Source of the DNA: Mobula birostris
Lineage: Eukaryota
Reading direction: 5' to 3'
NCBI RefSeq assembly: GCF_030028105.1
Contig: NC_092391.1
Span: 51,867,223 to 51,931,222, forward strand
DNA length: 64,000 nucleotides
Shown here one piece after another: positions 1 through 12,405 of the stretch. Position numbers and translations under genes: made by a program. Under the pieces are notes generated by a model, which ran no database searches, was not told the origin of the DNA, and worked only from the letters and a program-made list of their open reading frames with translations. Within the stretch, counting starts at the first letter, position 1, and every line of letters starts with the position of its first letter.

Positions 1-2160
1 TGTGACTAACAAGAGAAGTCAAAGCCAACATAAAAGCAAATGAGAGGGCATATAATACAGCAAAAATTAGTGGGAAGTTGGAGGATTGAGATGCTTTTAA
101 AAACCAACAGAAGGCAACTAACAAACTCATTAAGGTAAAGATGCAATACAAAAGTAAGCTAGCCAATATTATTAAAGAGGATACCAGAAGTTTTTTCAGA
201 TACATGAAGTGTAAAAGAGAGGACAAAATGGATATCAGACCACTGGAAAACAATGCTGGAGAGATAGCAACGGGGGACAAAGAAATAGAGGACAAACTGA
301 ATTAGTATTTTGCCTAAGTCTTCACTGTGGAAGGCACTAACAATATGGTGAAAGTTCCAGGTGTCAGGGATCATGAACTGTGTGAAGTTACCATTGCTAG
401 AAAGAAGATTCTTGGGAAACTGAACGGTCTTAAGGTAGACAAGCCACCTGGACCAGATGGTGTGCACCTCAGGGTTCTGAAAGAGGTGGCTGAAGAGATT
501 GTGAAGGCATTAGTATTGACCTTTCAAGAATCACTGGATTCTGGAATGTTCCAGAAAACCGGAAAATTGCAACCGTCACTCCACTATTCAAGAAGAGAGA
601 GAGAGACAGAAGAAAGGAAATTATAGGCCAGTTAGTCTGACATTAGTGGTTGGGAAGATGTTGGAGTCAATTATTAAGTACGAGGTTTCAGGGTACTTGA
701 AAGCACATGATAAAAAAAAAGTCCATAGGCAGCATGGCTTCCTCAAGGGAAAATCCTGCCTGACAAATGTGTTGGAATTCTCTGAAGAAATTGAACAGCT
801 ATATGGACAGGAGAGGAATGGAAGGTTATGGGCTGTGTGCAGGTCGGTGGGATTAGGTGAGAGTAAGAGTTCGGCACGGACTAGAAGGGCCGAGATGGCC
901 TGTTTCTGTGCTGCAACTGTTATATGGTTTATATGGTTATAAATAACAAGCAGGAAAGACAAAGGAGAATTGGTTGATGTTGTCTACTTGGACTTTCAGA
1001 AGGCCTTTGACAAAGAGCCACACGAGGCTGCTTAACAAGTTACGAGCCCATGGTATTACAGGAAAGATTCTAGCATGGATAAACCAGTGGCTGATTGGCA
1101 GGAGGCAAAAAGTGGGAATAAAGTGGAAGCCTTCTCTGGTTGGCTCCCTGTGACAATTGGTATTCCATGGGAATCTGTGTTGGTACCAATTCTTTTTACA
1201 TTATATGTCAATGATTTGCTTGATGGAATTAATAGCTTTGTTACAAAATTTGCATACCATATGAAGATAGGTGCAGGGGCAGGTAGTTCTGAGGAAGTAG
1301 AGAGGCTACAAAAGGACTGTACAGATTTGGAGAATGTGCAAAGTGGCAGATGGAATACAATGTCAGGAAATGTATGGTCATGCACTATGGTAGAAGGAAT
1401 GAAAAAGTAGACCTATTTTCTAAATAGAGAGAAATTACAAAAAACTGAGGCACAAAGGGACCTGGGAGCCTTCGTGCAGGAGTCCCTAAAGGTTAACTTG
1501 CAGTGCGAGTATGTAGTGAGGAAGGCAAATGCAATGTTAACATTCATTTCAAGAGGATTAGAATATAAAAGCAAGATGGTAATGTCGAGGCTTCATAAAG
1601 CACTGGAGAGCCTCATGGGGTAATATCAGCAGTTTTGGACCCCTTTTCTAAGAATCTGGAGAGGGTTCAAAGGAGGTACATGAAACTGATTCCAGGATTG
1701 AACAGTTTGTCATACAAATAGCGTTTAATGACTTTGGGCCTGTATTCACTGGAATTGAGAAGAATGAGAGGTGACCTCACTGAGACTTATCCAATAGTGA
1801 AAGGCCTCGATAGAGTGGATACGGAGAGGATGTTTCCTGTGGTGGGAGAGGACAAAACCAGAGGACACAGTCTCAGAATAGAGAGGCATCCTTTTAGAAT
1901 GGAGATGAGGAGAAATTTCTTTAGACAGAGAGTGATGAATCTGTGCTACAGGCAGCTATGGAGGCCCAGTCTTTATGTATATTTAAGGCAGAGGTTGGTA
2001 GGTTCTTGATTGGTCATGGCATGAACAGATATGGGGGGGCAGGGCGGGTCAAGGAGGCAGGAGATTGTTGCCGAGAGGAAAAAATGGATCAGCCATGATG
2101 AAATAGCGGAGCAGACTCAATGGGCCAAATGGCCTATTTCTGCTCCTATGTCTTATGGTC
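1..2160 (+). mobile_element. CR1-clade LINE, degraded ORF2 (RT) plus 3' UTR, with a nested CR1 3'-tail fragment at 792-940
   Basis: [23 protein letters not shown] and DFQKAFD fragments in shifting frames; typical CR1 3' end. The 792-940 insert interrupts GAAGAAAT|AACAAG and is flanked by AAAT. Confidence 0.9.
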
Positions 2161-2344
2161 TATATATGCATGCACTTTGATAATAAAATTTACTTTGAAC
2201 TTTGAATGGTGTAGCAATGTACAATCCTGACACAAAATGCAAGTCAGTAACCTATTGCCACAACAGACAAAAACTATCAGAAAAATTCATGTTGTTTTCA
2301 CTTCATTCCAGCCTAACATGCCCGTGCCTGCCCAGTCACACCAA

Positions 2345-2878
2345 AGTGACCAATTGACCTACGAACCCGTATGTCTTTAGAATGTGGAAGATTGTACAAA
2401 CTCCTTACAGACAGAAGAGGGAGTTAAACTCCGATCTTACAGCATCCCACGGTTTACTAACCCTACCTTTAACCCGTACATCCTCAGAATGTGGGAGATC
2501 GCACAAACTCCTTACAGACAGAAGCGGGTGTTAAACTCCAACCTTACAGCATCCCACGGCTTATTATCCCTACCCCTAATCCGTAGGTCTTTGGAATGTG
2601 GGAAGAAATCAGAGCCCTTGGAGGAAACCCGTGTGGTCACAGGGAGATTGTACGAACTCCTTACAGACAACAATGGGAATTAAACCACAATCTTACAGCA
2701 TGCCCAGCAACTTACAAACCCTACCCCTAACACATACGCCTTTGGATGGGAGGAAACCGAAGCTTCCGGAGGAAACCCATGCGTGACAGGGAGACGGTAC
2801 CTACTCCTTACAGAGTGTCAGAATTGAACCGGGCTGCTGGCAGGGCAATAGTGTGATGCTAATCGCTGTGCTACCTTA
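2345..2878 (-). repeat. V-SINE with about 4 tandemly amplified internal units
   Basis: ACTCCTTACAGA recurs at ~2400, 2507, 2656 and 2803, together with TCTTACAGCATCCC and CCCTACCCCTAA blocks. Confidence 0.75.
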
Positions 2879-2929
2879 CGTCAACACACATCTCTGGTGT
2901 TTAACCTCCATCCAGCAGCACCCACTCAC

Positions 2930-3067
2930 CTCCGAGGTTCTCTTCACAAAGTCCTGAGTCACTCGCAGCATGTGGTTATACTCCGTGAGCTCAAGAAAAT
3001 TCCTCTTCAGGGTCTCCTTGTTTTTTGTCACCTCCCGCAGTTCTGCCTCCAGCTGCTGCAGCTGTTC
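2930..3067 (-). CDS. ATP6V0A2: ATP6V0A2 coding exon 4 ([46 protein letters not shown]); gene continues past the left edge
   Basis: tttcag|GAA acceptor and GAG|gtgagt donor; 138 nt, phase 0 to 0; [10 protein letters not shown] matches a2. Confidence 0.94.
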
Positions 3068-3214
3068 CTGAAACCAGAACAGACACACTATGAAGCAATA
3101 TCCCCACTCACCAGCCTCACGGCCATTACCCAGAACCATCTTCAACAGCTCAGGCCTTGGATTTGTTTCTCAGACATTGAAGTTATATAAAAAGATGCAA
3201 ACTCCACCATGTAC

Positions 3215-3465
3215 GGTCCCAAGCCCGGCTGCGAGGGGAGGAAGGTTGGGCACGGGGCTTGCAACCCTGTCCCGGAAAAACTCAGAACTACAGAAGTGCT
3301 CCAAAAAACTCATCCCTGGATCTTCACCGAGAAGACATATGAAGTCGTGTGTTGAAAGTGGAAGCCAAAGGGCCCATTAAGTTTCTATCAGCCCAGGATA
3401 GACTACTCTGGCAAGCTGCTGTCCATGGCTGTTACCAGTAGGGATGATGGGCTTAAGATGATGAT
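3215..3465 (+). mobile_element. Probable bipartite non-autonomous RTE derivative
   Basis: Starts with GGTCCCAAGCCCGG...GGAGGAAGGTTGGGCACGGGGCTTGCAACCC (resembles RTE 5' UTR motifs, from memory); ends with an RTE-like 3' end and (GAT)n. Confidence 0.55.
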
Positions 3466-4864
3466 CTTATGCCCAAGTAAAGAAAAAGATGCAGGAAATC
3501 AGAAATAAAAAACACAAAATGCTAGACAAATGCAGTCTGGTCAGAGAGCTGAACCACAAGCTCTACTTTTCCCTCCCACAAATACAGTCTGATCTGCTGA
3601 ATATTTCCAGCATTTATGTTTTGATTTTAAACAATTGTCTTCCTGCACATTTTCTAGCAGATTGATAATCACCTCTTCAGTAAATGAAGAAGCTAGCACA
3701 CAGATACAGCTAGGAATCAGGGAAACAAACACAATGTTAGTCTTCACTGCAAAAATAATAAGTGGGAGGTCTCATTGCAACGGTATGCATGAACACACTG
3801 AGGACCAGACAGAGTCCGGACAAAAGGTCTCAGCCAAAAACATCGCCTGTTGATTCCCCTCCATGACCTGCTGTGTTCCTCCAGCAGATTGTGACTCTAA
3901 ACTTTGTACAGTACAGGAGGGAACGTGCGCTTGTGTTGGTTGTTAAAGAGCAACCCACGCAGAACCTACTATGCACTGATACAAATGGAGGCACTGTTTC
4001 AGTGTTGATGGTCTCTGGCCCACCCAGTTTCTGAGGCAACGAGACTGTGACCTCAACATCCCCGGGTGAAACGATTTCCTCACCAAGCCTCAAAACCTTC
4101 TGCCAAACACTTCCAAGTCTGTGACCTCTTTTGATACAGGAAACAGGTTCCCCGAGTGTCCTTTCAATTCTCGGCACCTCCACCATCTCGCTAAGGCTAC
4201 GCGCCACAGTAAGCCTCAGCCTCGAAAATTCTCAGCACCTCCACCATCTCACCCAGGAAATACTCCACAGAAATCTCAAACCTCAAAAATTCCCAGCACC
4301 CCCACTCAGGCTATGCCCCACAGAAAGCCCCAATATCTACAATTATATATCAGACCTAAATTTTCCAGTCTCAGCAAATTCCTGAAATCTCCTCAGCAGT
4401 CTTCCAACACAATCATATTTTCCCTTCAGCTACAACTCTATGTTGTACTCCGGCTATGGCCAAACTATCAGTCCAAGCTCAGCCTGCCTGCATTATATTC
4501 TACACTGCAGTAAATAAAGTGTTTTGTGCATCTTTGAATGCCTCACTGACCTGACCTGGCATTCTTAAATATTTGTGCACATGTATTTCAAGTGCTCCCT
4601 ATTCACCTACATATTCAACCTGTTTCCCAAACACCCTCATAGGTACATTACCTCTTCAGTGAAAGGTGAAGGTTGCACAAAGGTACAGCAAAGAACAGGG
4701 AGGCAAATGGAATACTGGTCTTCACTGTGGGAGATTTTGTTGCCATGGTTTGCAAGAATGCACGATGATCATGCAGAATCTTGGTCTCACCACACAGCCA
4801 GTGACCGTAAGAACACAAGATATAGGAGCAGAATTAGGTCATTTGACCCATCAAGTCAGCCATT

Positions 4865-5090
4865 CTGGTTCAATTCCCACTGCTGCTTGTAAGGAGTTTG
4901 TACATTCTCCCCATGACCTTGTGGGTTTCCTCCGGGTGCTCCAGTTTCCTCCCATAGTCCAAAGACATTCCAGTTGGTAGGTTAATTGTTTTTTGTAGAT
5001 TGTCCTGTGATTAGGCTAGGATTGCTGGGTGGTGAGGCTCGGAGGGCCAGAAGGCCTACTCCATGCTGCATGTCAATAACTAAATAAAAT
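4865..5090 (+). mobile_element. V-SINE (HE1-like); other copies at ~11530-11805(-), ~44190-44380(-), ~47985-48193 + 50326-50372(-), ~57550-57810(+)
   Basis: B-box-like GGTTCAATTCC followed by the V-domain GTGGGTTTCCTCCGGGTGCTCCAGTTTCCTCCCA..TCCAAAGAC. Confidence 0.8.
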
Positions 5091-5540
5091 AGGCAATGGA
5101 AATTTTGTAATTTTACATAAAACACAAGAAACAGGAGCTGCCAACTGCATCTTCAAGGTGGCTCTGCCATTTGTTAAAAACTACAGCTGATCCAATCTTG
5201 ACCTCAACACCACCTTCCTGCAATCTCCCCATTCCACTCGACATTGTAAATGTCTTCCATCTCCTTGCTGAATATATTTAATGACTTTACCTCATCTCTC
5301 TGGCCTCTTACCTCTTCTCTTCACCTGCTCATCACCTCCCCAGTGCTCTCCCCTTTCCCTTTCTCCCATGATTCACTCTTCTCCCATCAGAATCCTTGTT
5401 CAGCCATTTGCCTTTTGCATCCATCAACTCCCAGCTTCTTACTTCAACCCTCCCAACTACCACCCACCTGGCCTCACCTTCTAGCATCCCCCTTCTCCTC
5501 CCCCCACCTTCTCATTCTATTGTCTTCCCCCTCCCTTTCC

Positions 5541-5576
5541 AGTCCTGATGAAGGGTCTCAGCCCGAAACATCGACT
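5541..5576 (+). ncRNA. Minimal hammerhead motif in a PLE 3' remnant (~5290-5645)
   Basis: AGTC-CTGATGA-aGGGTctcaGCCC-GAAA-CA-TC-GACT. Confidence 0.75.
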
Positions 5577-6254
5577 GTTTATTCCTTTCTATAGATGTGG
5601 CATGACCTGCGGAATTCCTCCAGCATTTCATGTGTGTTGCTCTCATAATCCACCCTGACAGCTGCCTGCAGAAGCTCACTTCAATAATCTCTCTCATTCT
5701 CCTATACTCTGGCAAGAATGATTCCAGGATTGAAAGGCAAGGCATGAAGGGATATGGGGAGAAGGCAGGAGGTTGCGGCTGAGGGGGTGGGAATGGATCA
5801 GCCGTGATGAAACGGCAGAGCAGACCTGATGGGCCAAATGGCCTAATTCTGCTCCTGTATCTTTATGTTCTCAAGTACGGGCCTGACCAGCTCAGCTCTT
5901 CAGAATATCCCACTTCTCAGGGTCAGCATAGATACAGTCCCTTTGGAACAACCAACCCATGCAGATCATGGTCCACAACCAGCTAGCTCCTATTTCCCGC
6001 ATTCGGCTCCCGTGCCTCCAAATCTGCCCCTCTATGTACCTATCCAAGTGCTTCTTAAATGATACTATTGTACCAGCCTCAGTCACTTCGCTCCATAGAC
6101 TCACCACCCTCTCTGTGAAGTGGAGGCCCCTCAGGTCCCTTTTAAATCTTTCTCCTCTCACTAGATCCCCCATTGTTTCGTCTCTCCTAACCTGGGGAAA
6201 AGCCTGTTACCATCCGCCTTATGCCTCTGATCTCAGGAACCCTCACTGATTCAA

Positions 6255-6613
6255 GGCAAGTATGTTCATGCCTTAAGTGCCGTGTCGTATGGTGTGGACG
6301 ACCATGGTCTTTCCGTGACCATGACTGTTCCTGGCAAAAATTTTCTACAAAACTAGTTTGCTATTTCTTCCTTCTGGGCAGTGTCTTTACAAGATGGGTG
6401 ACCCCCAGCCACTGTCAATACTCTTCAGAGATTGTCTGCCTGACATCAGTGGTCACATAATCAGGACTTGTGAAATGCACAAACTGCTCGCATGGCTTCT
6501 CCTGACCCTGTTCCGGGGACTACACCTTGCCCAAGAGTGACCTGTAGGCTAGCGGAGGAAAGGAGCACCTTACACCTCCTTTGGCAGAGATGTAGCTCCA
6601 CCCCGCCATCCAG
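6255..6613 (-). mobile_element. SINE-like element with an RTE/BovB-related middle segment
   Basis: Minus strand GAAGGAAGAAATAGCAAACTAG...TTGCCAGGAA resembles the RTE-derived GAAGGCAATGGCAAACCAC...TTGCCAAGAA block; structured 5' head. Confidence 0.45.
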
Positions 6614-8734
6614 TACATACCTCCTAAAAGAGAATTAAAACATTACTCAGTCTCACCACTGCTCCATAAAAGTGCTTTAAAGCTTCCTTTTTGTTCAAAC
6701 TCTAAGCAATAAAAGACCTTTCTAATTACTCGTTCTACCCTGCATGCTAAGTCCAAAGTACAAGAATTGCAAGTCTTGATAATTTTTTCCCCTCAGGGCC
6801 TTTAAACAGGGTAGCTTGACTGCTCTGGGATATGGTACAGGCCACGTCATACAAAAGGAATTGGCAGAGAGAGAAACAGGTTTCGTGGCGAGGGAAGGGC
6901 TGATGACTTAGGACTCAGAGCTTAACAACGCTGCAGTAGCTGTGTTAATGACAGCTGACGGTCTAGTAGACAGTGGTTATGTTCAGTTGTGAACATGCAT
7001 ATGCATTTGTGTATTAACCAGTGGGACCACACACAGGCTCAGTCACAATTCAAATTCCAATGCAAATTTTATTGGCAAAGGACATACATGTCACCATATC
7101 CCCTGATATTCATTTTCCTGCAGGCATACTCAATAAATCTAAAGAATGGTAACTATAACAGAATCAGTGAGAGATCAGCCAGAGTGCAGAAGACAACAAA
7201 CTGGGTAAATGCAAATATAAATAAATAGCAATAAGCAACGAGAGCATGAGATAAAAGCATCCTTAAAGTGAGATCATTGGTTGCAGGAACATTTCAATTC
7301 CCCAGTCACAGAGCAATGCATCACGTACGCACCCCCTTCGGCCCAACAAGCCCATGTTGCCCACAGTGCCCAACCAACTAGTCCCAATTTCCTGCGTTTC
7401 GCCCATATCCCTCCAATCCCCGCCACTCCATGTACCTATTCAAATGCTTCTGAAATGATACGATTGTACCTGCCTCAACCATCTCCTCTGGCAGCTTGTT
7501 CCATAGACTCACCACTCTGTGTGGAAAAAGATACACCTCAGGTTCCTTTTCCTTCTCACCCTAAACCTGCACCACCTAGTTATGGACCCCCCACCTGCCC
7601 CACAATCCTACCATGGAAAGGATTGTCACCATCCACCTCTCTATAGATATTTACACATCTTAGCCTCTCATAATTTTAAACATCTCACTAAGGTCGCTCC
7701 ATACTCTCCTTTGTTCCAAGGAATAAAGCCCTGGCCTGATCAACCTCTCCCTGTAACCTAACTCAGGTCCTGGCAAGATGGCACCAGTGACCAGTGGCGA
7801 CATCTTGCAGACAGCTTATAAAACTACTAGGTACTCACCTCCTAAACATACCTCTGAACTGTGGTCAATTGCAGCCTGCAAGCTCTCTTTTAAGGATGTA
7901 TTTTTACACCATAAGATATAGGAGCAGAAATAGGCCATTCAGCCCATCAAGTGTGCTCCACCACTCAATATTAGGCTGATCCAATTCTTCCAGTCATCTC
8001 CACTCCCCTGCTTTCTCCTCGTACTCTTGGATTTTTGAGCCGACTAAACAACCTACTGCTTTTGCGAGCTCCGAGGGGATTTGGCGTGGATGAGCATGGA
8101 GTGTGTCCATCACTGGGGGTAGCTGCATCAATTCCCAATAACGGAGCACGAACCCATGGTTGGATCTATTACTCCATGCTGACTAAAGCGTCGAGCAAGA
8201 TTAAAATTGTCGAGGGCGAGAGCAGAAAACAAACAGCCGTTCAGCGCTGTCTGCTTGCACTTGACCGGTCTCCCTCTCTTCTTGCTGCTGCCATTGGGCG
8301 GAAGATGCAGGGACCTTGGGTCCCACACCACCGGGTTCGGAGCAGTTGCTGCCCTGCAGCCACCGGGCTCCTGGATGGGCTTCACTTGCCTCAGCGCTGA
8401 ACGCACTCCGCAGGTGTGGACTCACTTTTGAGGACTCTGCAGATAATGTTCCATGTGCTTTTGCTATCAGTCTTAAAAAGGTGCTTCAGTGATGAACTGA
8501 CTCCGTGGCTGTGGGCCCTGGACCAGCTTCACTCACCTCAGCAGCTCCCTGTCTGTGGAATCACTTTCAGGGACTCTGCGGTTCATGTTGTCTGTTTACT
8601 TTCTATTGTCTGCACAATCTGTTCTCTTTTTCCTTCATGTTGGATGTTTGATGGTCTTTGTTGGGTGAGGATGTTCATTTAGTGGACTCTACTGCGATTC
8701 TTTGCTTTGTGGTGCCTGCAAGAAGGCGAATCTC

Positions 8735-9163
8735 TTATTTTAAATTTTATTTTTATTTGGATAAGGTATTCGCAAGTATTATACAAACTTTTTTTTACAT
8801 GTATAACCTTTTCTATTTTTTATGTATGTATAAATGTATAATTATTTACACCTTCATACATACACATTGAGATGATATAAAAAGTAATTAGGCGCTTAAA
8901 TAATTATGTGCAGTTGTAATTACACTCTATTAGACTAAGAAATGGTAGTGGTTGTTTAAAAAAATAGTAATAATAGTGGTTGAATAATAATTTCCACGCA
9001 TCTCTTCCGGTCCATTTCTTTCTGGTCCAAAATATTGTATGTAGCCCTATGTAACTTCCATCGTAGGTGCTTATATCTCAACTCGTTGATGTTTGCTCCC
9101 ACACACAAACATACTTATCCAATCCCTATGTACTTATTTACTTCATTTTATCATTTTTTTTTC
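8735..9163 (-). mobile_element. AT-rich retroposed insert (probably an L1-type 3' end) with a perfect 16-bp TSD
   Basis: CAAGAAGGCGAATCTC at 8719-8734 and 9164-9179; T-rich left end (A-tail on minus). Confidence 0.7.
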
Positions 9164-9311
9164 CAAGAAGGCGAATCTCAAGGTTGTACACATACTTTGA
9201 TTATAAATGTACTTTGAACTCTACTCCTGGCAACATCCTCAGTAAATTTTGTTGACAAAGCAAGTTTTTCGACCATCTATCAATGAGAGCTATACACTTG
9301 ACGGTACTAAC

Positions 9312-9409
9312 CTGTATCTTCAACACATGCTTCGGCAGTGGGGCGACAGGATTCACCTCACCATCCAGCAGAGATATATCTGCCCTTTTAATTTCTTGTA
9401 ACAAATACC
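9312..9409 (-). CDS. ATP6V0A2: ATP6V0A2 coding exon 3 (GYLLQEIKRADISLLDGEVNPVAPLPKHVLKIQ)
   Basis: tttcag|GG acceptor and CAG|gttagt donor; 98 nt, phase 1 to 0; YL.QEI.RADI is a2-like. Confidence 0.93.
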
Positions 9410-9612
9410 CTGAAACACAAAGGAAACCAGGCGTTATCATCCAAAGGCAGTCGTGGAGCTGGTCTAAACACAGTACAGCACAGTGAAGGGCTTAGGATGC
9501 AGAGTTGATCCGCTGGGCATCACTGCAATGGAGGAAGGGCTGGAGCTGGTCACTACTGGCACAAGTCACCAGAAAACGGCGGATCAAATGGCCGCAGTTG
9601 AGGATGTTGACA

Positions 9613-9862
9613 TTTGAAGAAACATTTTCCAGACGAAGTTAATAACAGATTGACCTCAATCTCACTATGAGGAGAAGGAGTCACTCCTAACCCTCATCAT
9701 TTGGAGAAACAGTTTCTGGGCGAAGTTAATAACAGATCGACCTCAATCTCACTATGGAAAGAAGGAGTCACTCTAAACCCTCGCTGTTTGGAGAAACGTT
9801 TTCCAGACCGATATAATAACAGATCAACCTCAATCTATGAGGGGAGATCACTCCTAACCCTC
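9613..9862. repeat. Tandem repeat, ~87-bp unit x3
   Basis: AATAACAGAT.GACCTCAATCTCACTATG...TCACTC.TAACCCTC occurs three times. Confidence 0.85.
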
Positions 9863-10615
9863 TTACTGTAGCAACGTGACAAAAGGTCACAATCAGGGTG
9901 GTTAACTCTCTCCTCAGGTCAGTCTGTGACAACATCTCCAATTTGTGCCCATTTCAAATTGATCTCCACAGGATTTATCAGAGACTTGCCTTCCGTGGAT
10001 CAGTTTGGGTCAAAAGTCGATTTTGCGTGTTGCATGCCTCTGTGACATTCCTCATGACAAACCACTAACTCACTATCAGGTAATGCTTTGAGGCTGCAGC
10101 CCAAATTAAATTCATTTATTGGATCGGAGCATGTAAGGGGTTGCTGGAGGCGAGTTTTATCTTTACGCTTGAGTAATGCAGCCAAAAGTGTGCATTGTGA
10201 TCAATCAGGGCAGTGTTGACACCCTGCATCATATGAACACAGCACGTCATAAAATTAAAAGCATCAAACAGTCAGGCACATAGAATTATGCATTCAGTGA
10301 CACCACAACAGCATGGGGAACGGGAGAGGGGCAAATCACATGTTCAAATTCAACAGGAAATTAAAATATCCTTTCATAATCAACTCAAATCCACACTGCA
10401 ACAGAACAAAGGCTCTCAGTGATCACAGGACAGATTCATTTCTTCAGGAACCTGCTCCATTCCATCCCACCAAAAATCCAAAATAAAATTAGAAAAGGAA
10501 TGAAAGAGGTACATGTTCAGATCAGAAACAAATGAGCTCTCCTATCACACAGCATCTGGAAATGGTTCAAATGAGATTCACAGAATGAATATCGAACCGC
10601 CGCAGAGACTCAACT

Positions 10616-11138
10616 CTCCTCAGTGATGGTCGGGACTACTCCCTGGGTAATACGAGAACCTCACCTCCTCAGTGATGGCTGGGACTTCTCTCTGGGTAAT
10701 GCAAGGACCACATCTGCTCAGTGATGGCTTGGACTACTCTCTGGGTAACACAAGTACCACATCTGCTCCATGATGGTTGGGACTGCTCTCTGGGTAATAT
10801 GAGATCACATTTCTTCAGTGATGGGAGGGACTACTCCCTAGGTAATGTGAGAACCATGCCTCATCAGTGATGGCTGGAACTAGTCTCCGGATAATGTGAG
10901 GACTACATCTCCTCAGTGATGGGGGGGACTACTCCCTGGGTAATGCGAGAACCAGGTTTCCTCAGTGAAAGCTGGGACCATTCCCTGAGTAATGAGAGAC
11001 TACATCTCTTCAGTGATGGCTGGAACTACTCCCTGGGTAACACGGGAACTTCATCTCTTCAATGAAGGTTAGGACAACTCCCTAGATAATGTGAAAATCA
11101 CATCTCCTCAGTGATAGCTGGGATTACTCTCTGGGTAG
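10616..11138. repeat. Minisatellite, 49-bp unit x ~10.7
   Basis: Consensus CTCCTCAGTGATGGCTGGGACTACTCCCTGGGTAATGCGAGAACCACAT, head-to-tail with no spacers. Confidence 0.92.
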
Positions 11139-11149
11139 TTCTCACTGCT

Positions 11150-12405
11150 GCAGTTGGAGGTTCACACCTGCCTCAAAAGGGTGACAATCATACCAGTGCC
11201 CAAGAGCAGGGTGAGCTGTATCAATGACCAAGGCCAGTTGCACTCACAACTACTGTGAGGAAGTGATTTGAGAGGTTGGTCATGGCCGGAATCAACTCCT
11301 AACCAGGACCTGGACCCACTGCAATTTGCCTATTACCACAGTAGGTCTACAGTGGATACAACAGCACTGGCTCTGCACTCAGCCTCAGATCCCCCGGACA
11401 ATAACAATATCTTGCATTCAATGTCAGTAAGACCAAAGAATTGATTGTGGACTTCAGGAAGGGGAAGTCGAGGGAACATACACCAGTCATCATCGGGGGA
11501 ACAACAGTGGAAAGGGTGAGCAGCTTCGCATTGATCTTATTTAATTAGCAGTACAGCTTCCAGACTGAGCTGTGGCACCCCTGCAACTCCTGACAACCCC
11601 AACTTAACCACAGGAAAATTTACAATGACCAATTAACCTACCCAACAAGTCTTTGGACTGTAGGAGAAAAGTGAAGCACCTGGGGATAACCCACGCATTT
11701 CACAGGGAAGATGTAGAGAAACTCCTTAGAGGTCGCTCTGGAATTGAACTCTGAACTCCGACACCCCGAGCTGTAATTGCATCGTGCTAACCATGGCACC
11801 CACAGTAGTTCCTGGGTGTCAACACCTCAGAAGACCTACTCTGGGCTCAACATACTAATGCAATTACAAGTATGACAGTGGCTACATTTCATTAGGAGTT
11901 TGAGGAGAATTGATATGTTACCAAAGACACTCACAAATTTCTAAAGATGGACCATGGAAAGCATTCTAACCAGTTGCATCGCTGTCTGGTGCAGAGGGGC
12001 CACTGCACAGGATCAGAAGCTGCAGGAAGTTATAAACACAGCCAGCTCCATCATGGGCACTAGCCTCCCCAGCATCAAGGACATCTTCAAAAGGCGATGC
12101 CTTAAAAAGGTGGCATCTGTCATTAAGAACCATCATCACCTATGCTACCATCAATGTTGTGGTATTGAAGCCTGAAGGAGCACACAGTCAATGATTCAGG
12201 AACAGTTTCTTCTCCTCTGCTACCCGACAATGGACAATGAACCCATGTACACTACCTCACTACTTTGTTTTGCCTTCTTTTTGTACTAATTTAATATAGA
12301 AATTCCTTATTGTTAATTTGTATTTATTATGTATTGCAATGTACTGCTGCTGCAAAACAACAAATTTCACAACATACGCCACTGATATTAAACTCGATTC
12401 TGATT
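11150..12405 (+). mobile_element. Rex1/Babar LINE fragments split by a V-SINE (~11530-11805)
   Basis: KTKELIVDFR; ESILT.CI.VW; KK.ASVIK..HH; host sequence continues across the SINE. Confidence 0.8.

Noticed and set aside
3490-3630. Inverted-repeat structure (similar at ~63160-63620) as a novel ncRNA
   Set aside because: Both arms resemble degraded PLE 3' tails in opposite orientation; too decayed to claim function.
3900-4545. Possible solo LTR or Pro/Ser-rich ORF (4121-4513)
   Set aside because: There is only a short internal duplication and an AATAAA; I could not establish TG..CA termini, a TSD or protein similarity.
10616-11138. 49-bp array as a CRISPR
   Set aside because: Units are head-to-tail with no unique spacers, there are no cas genes, and the context is a vertebrate intron.
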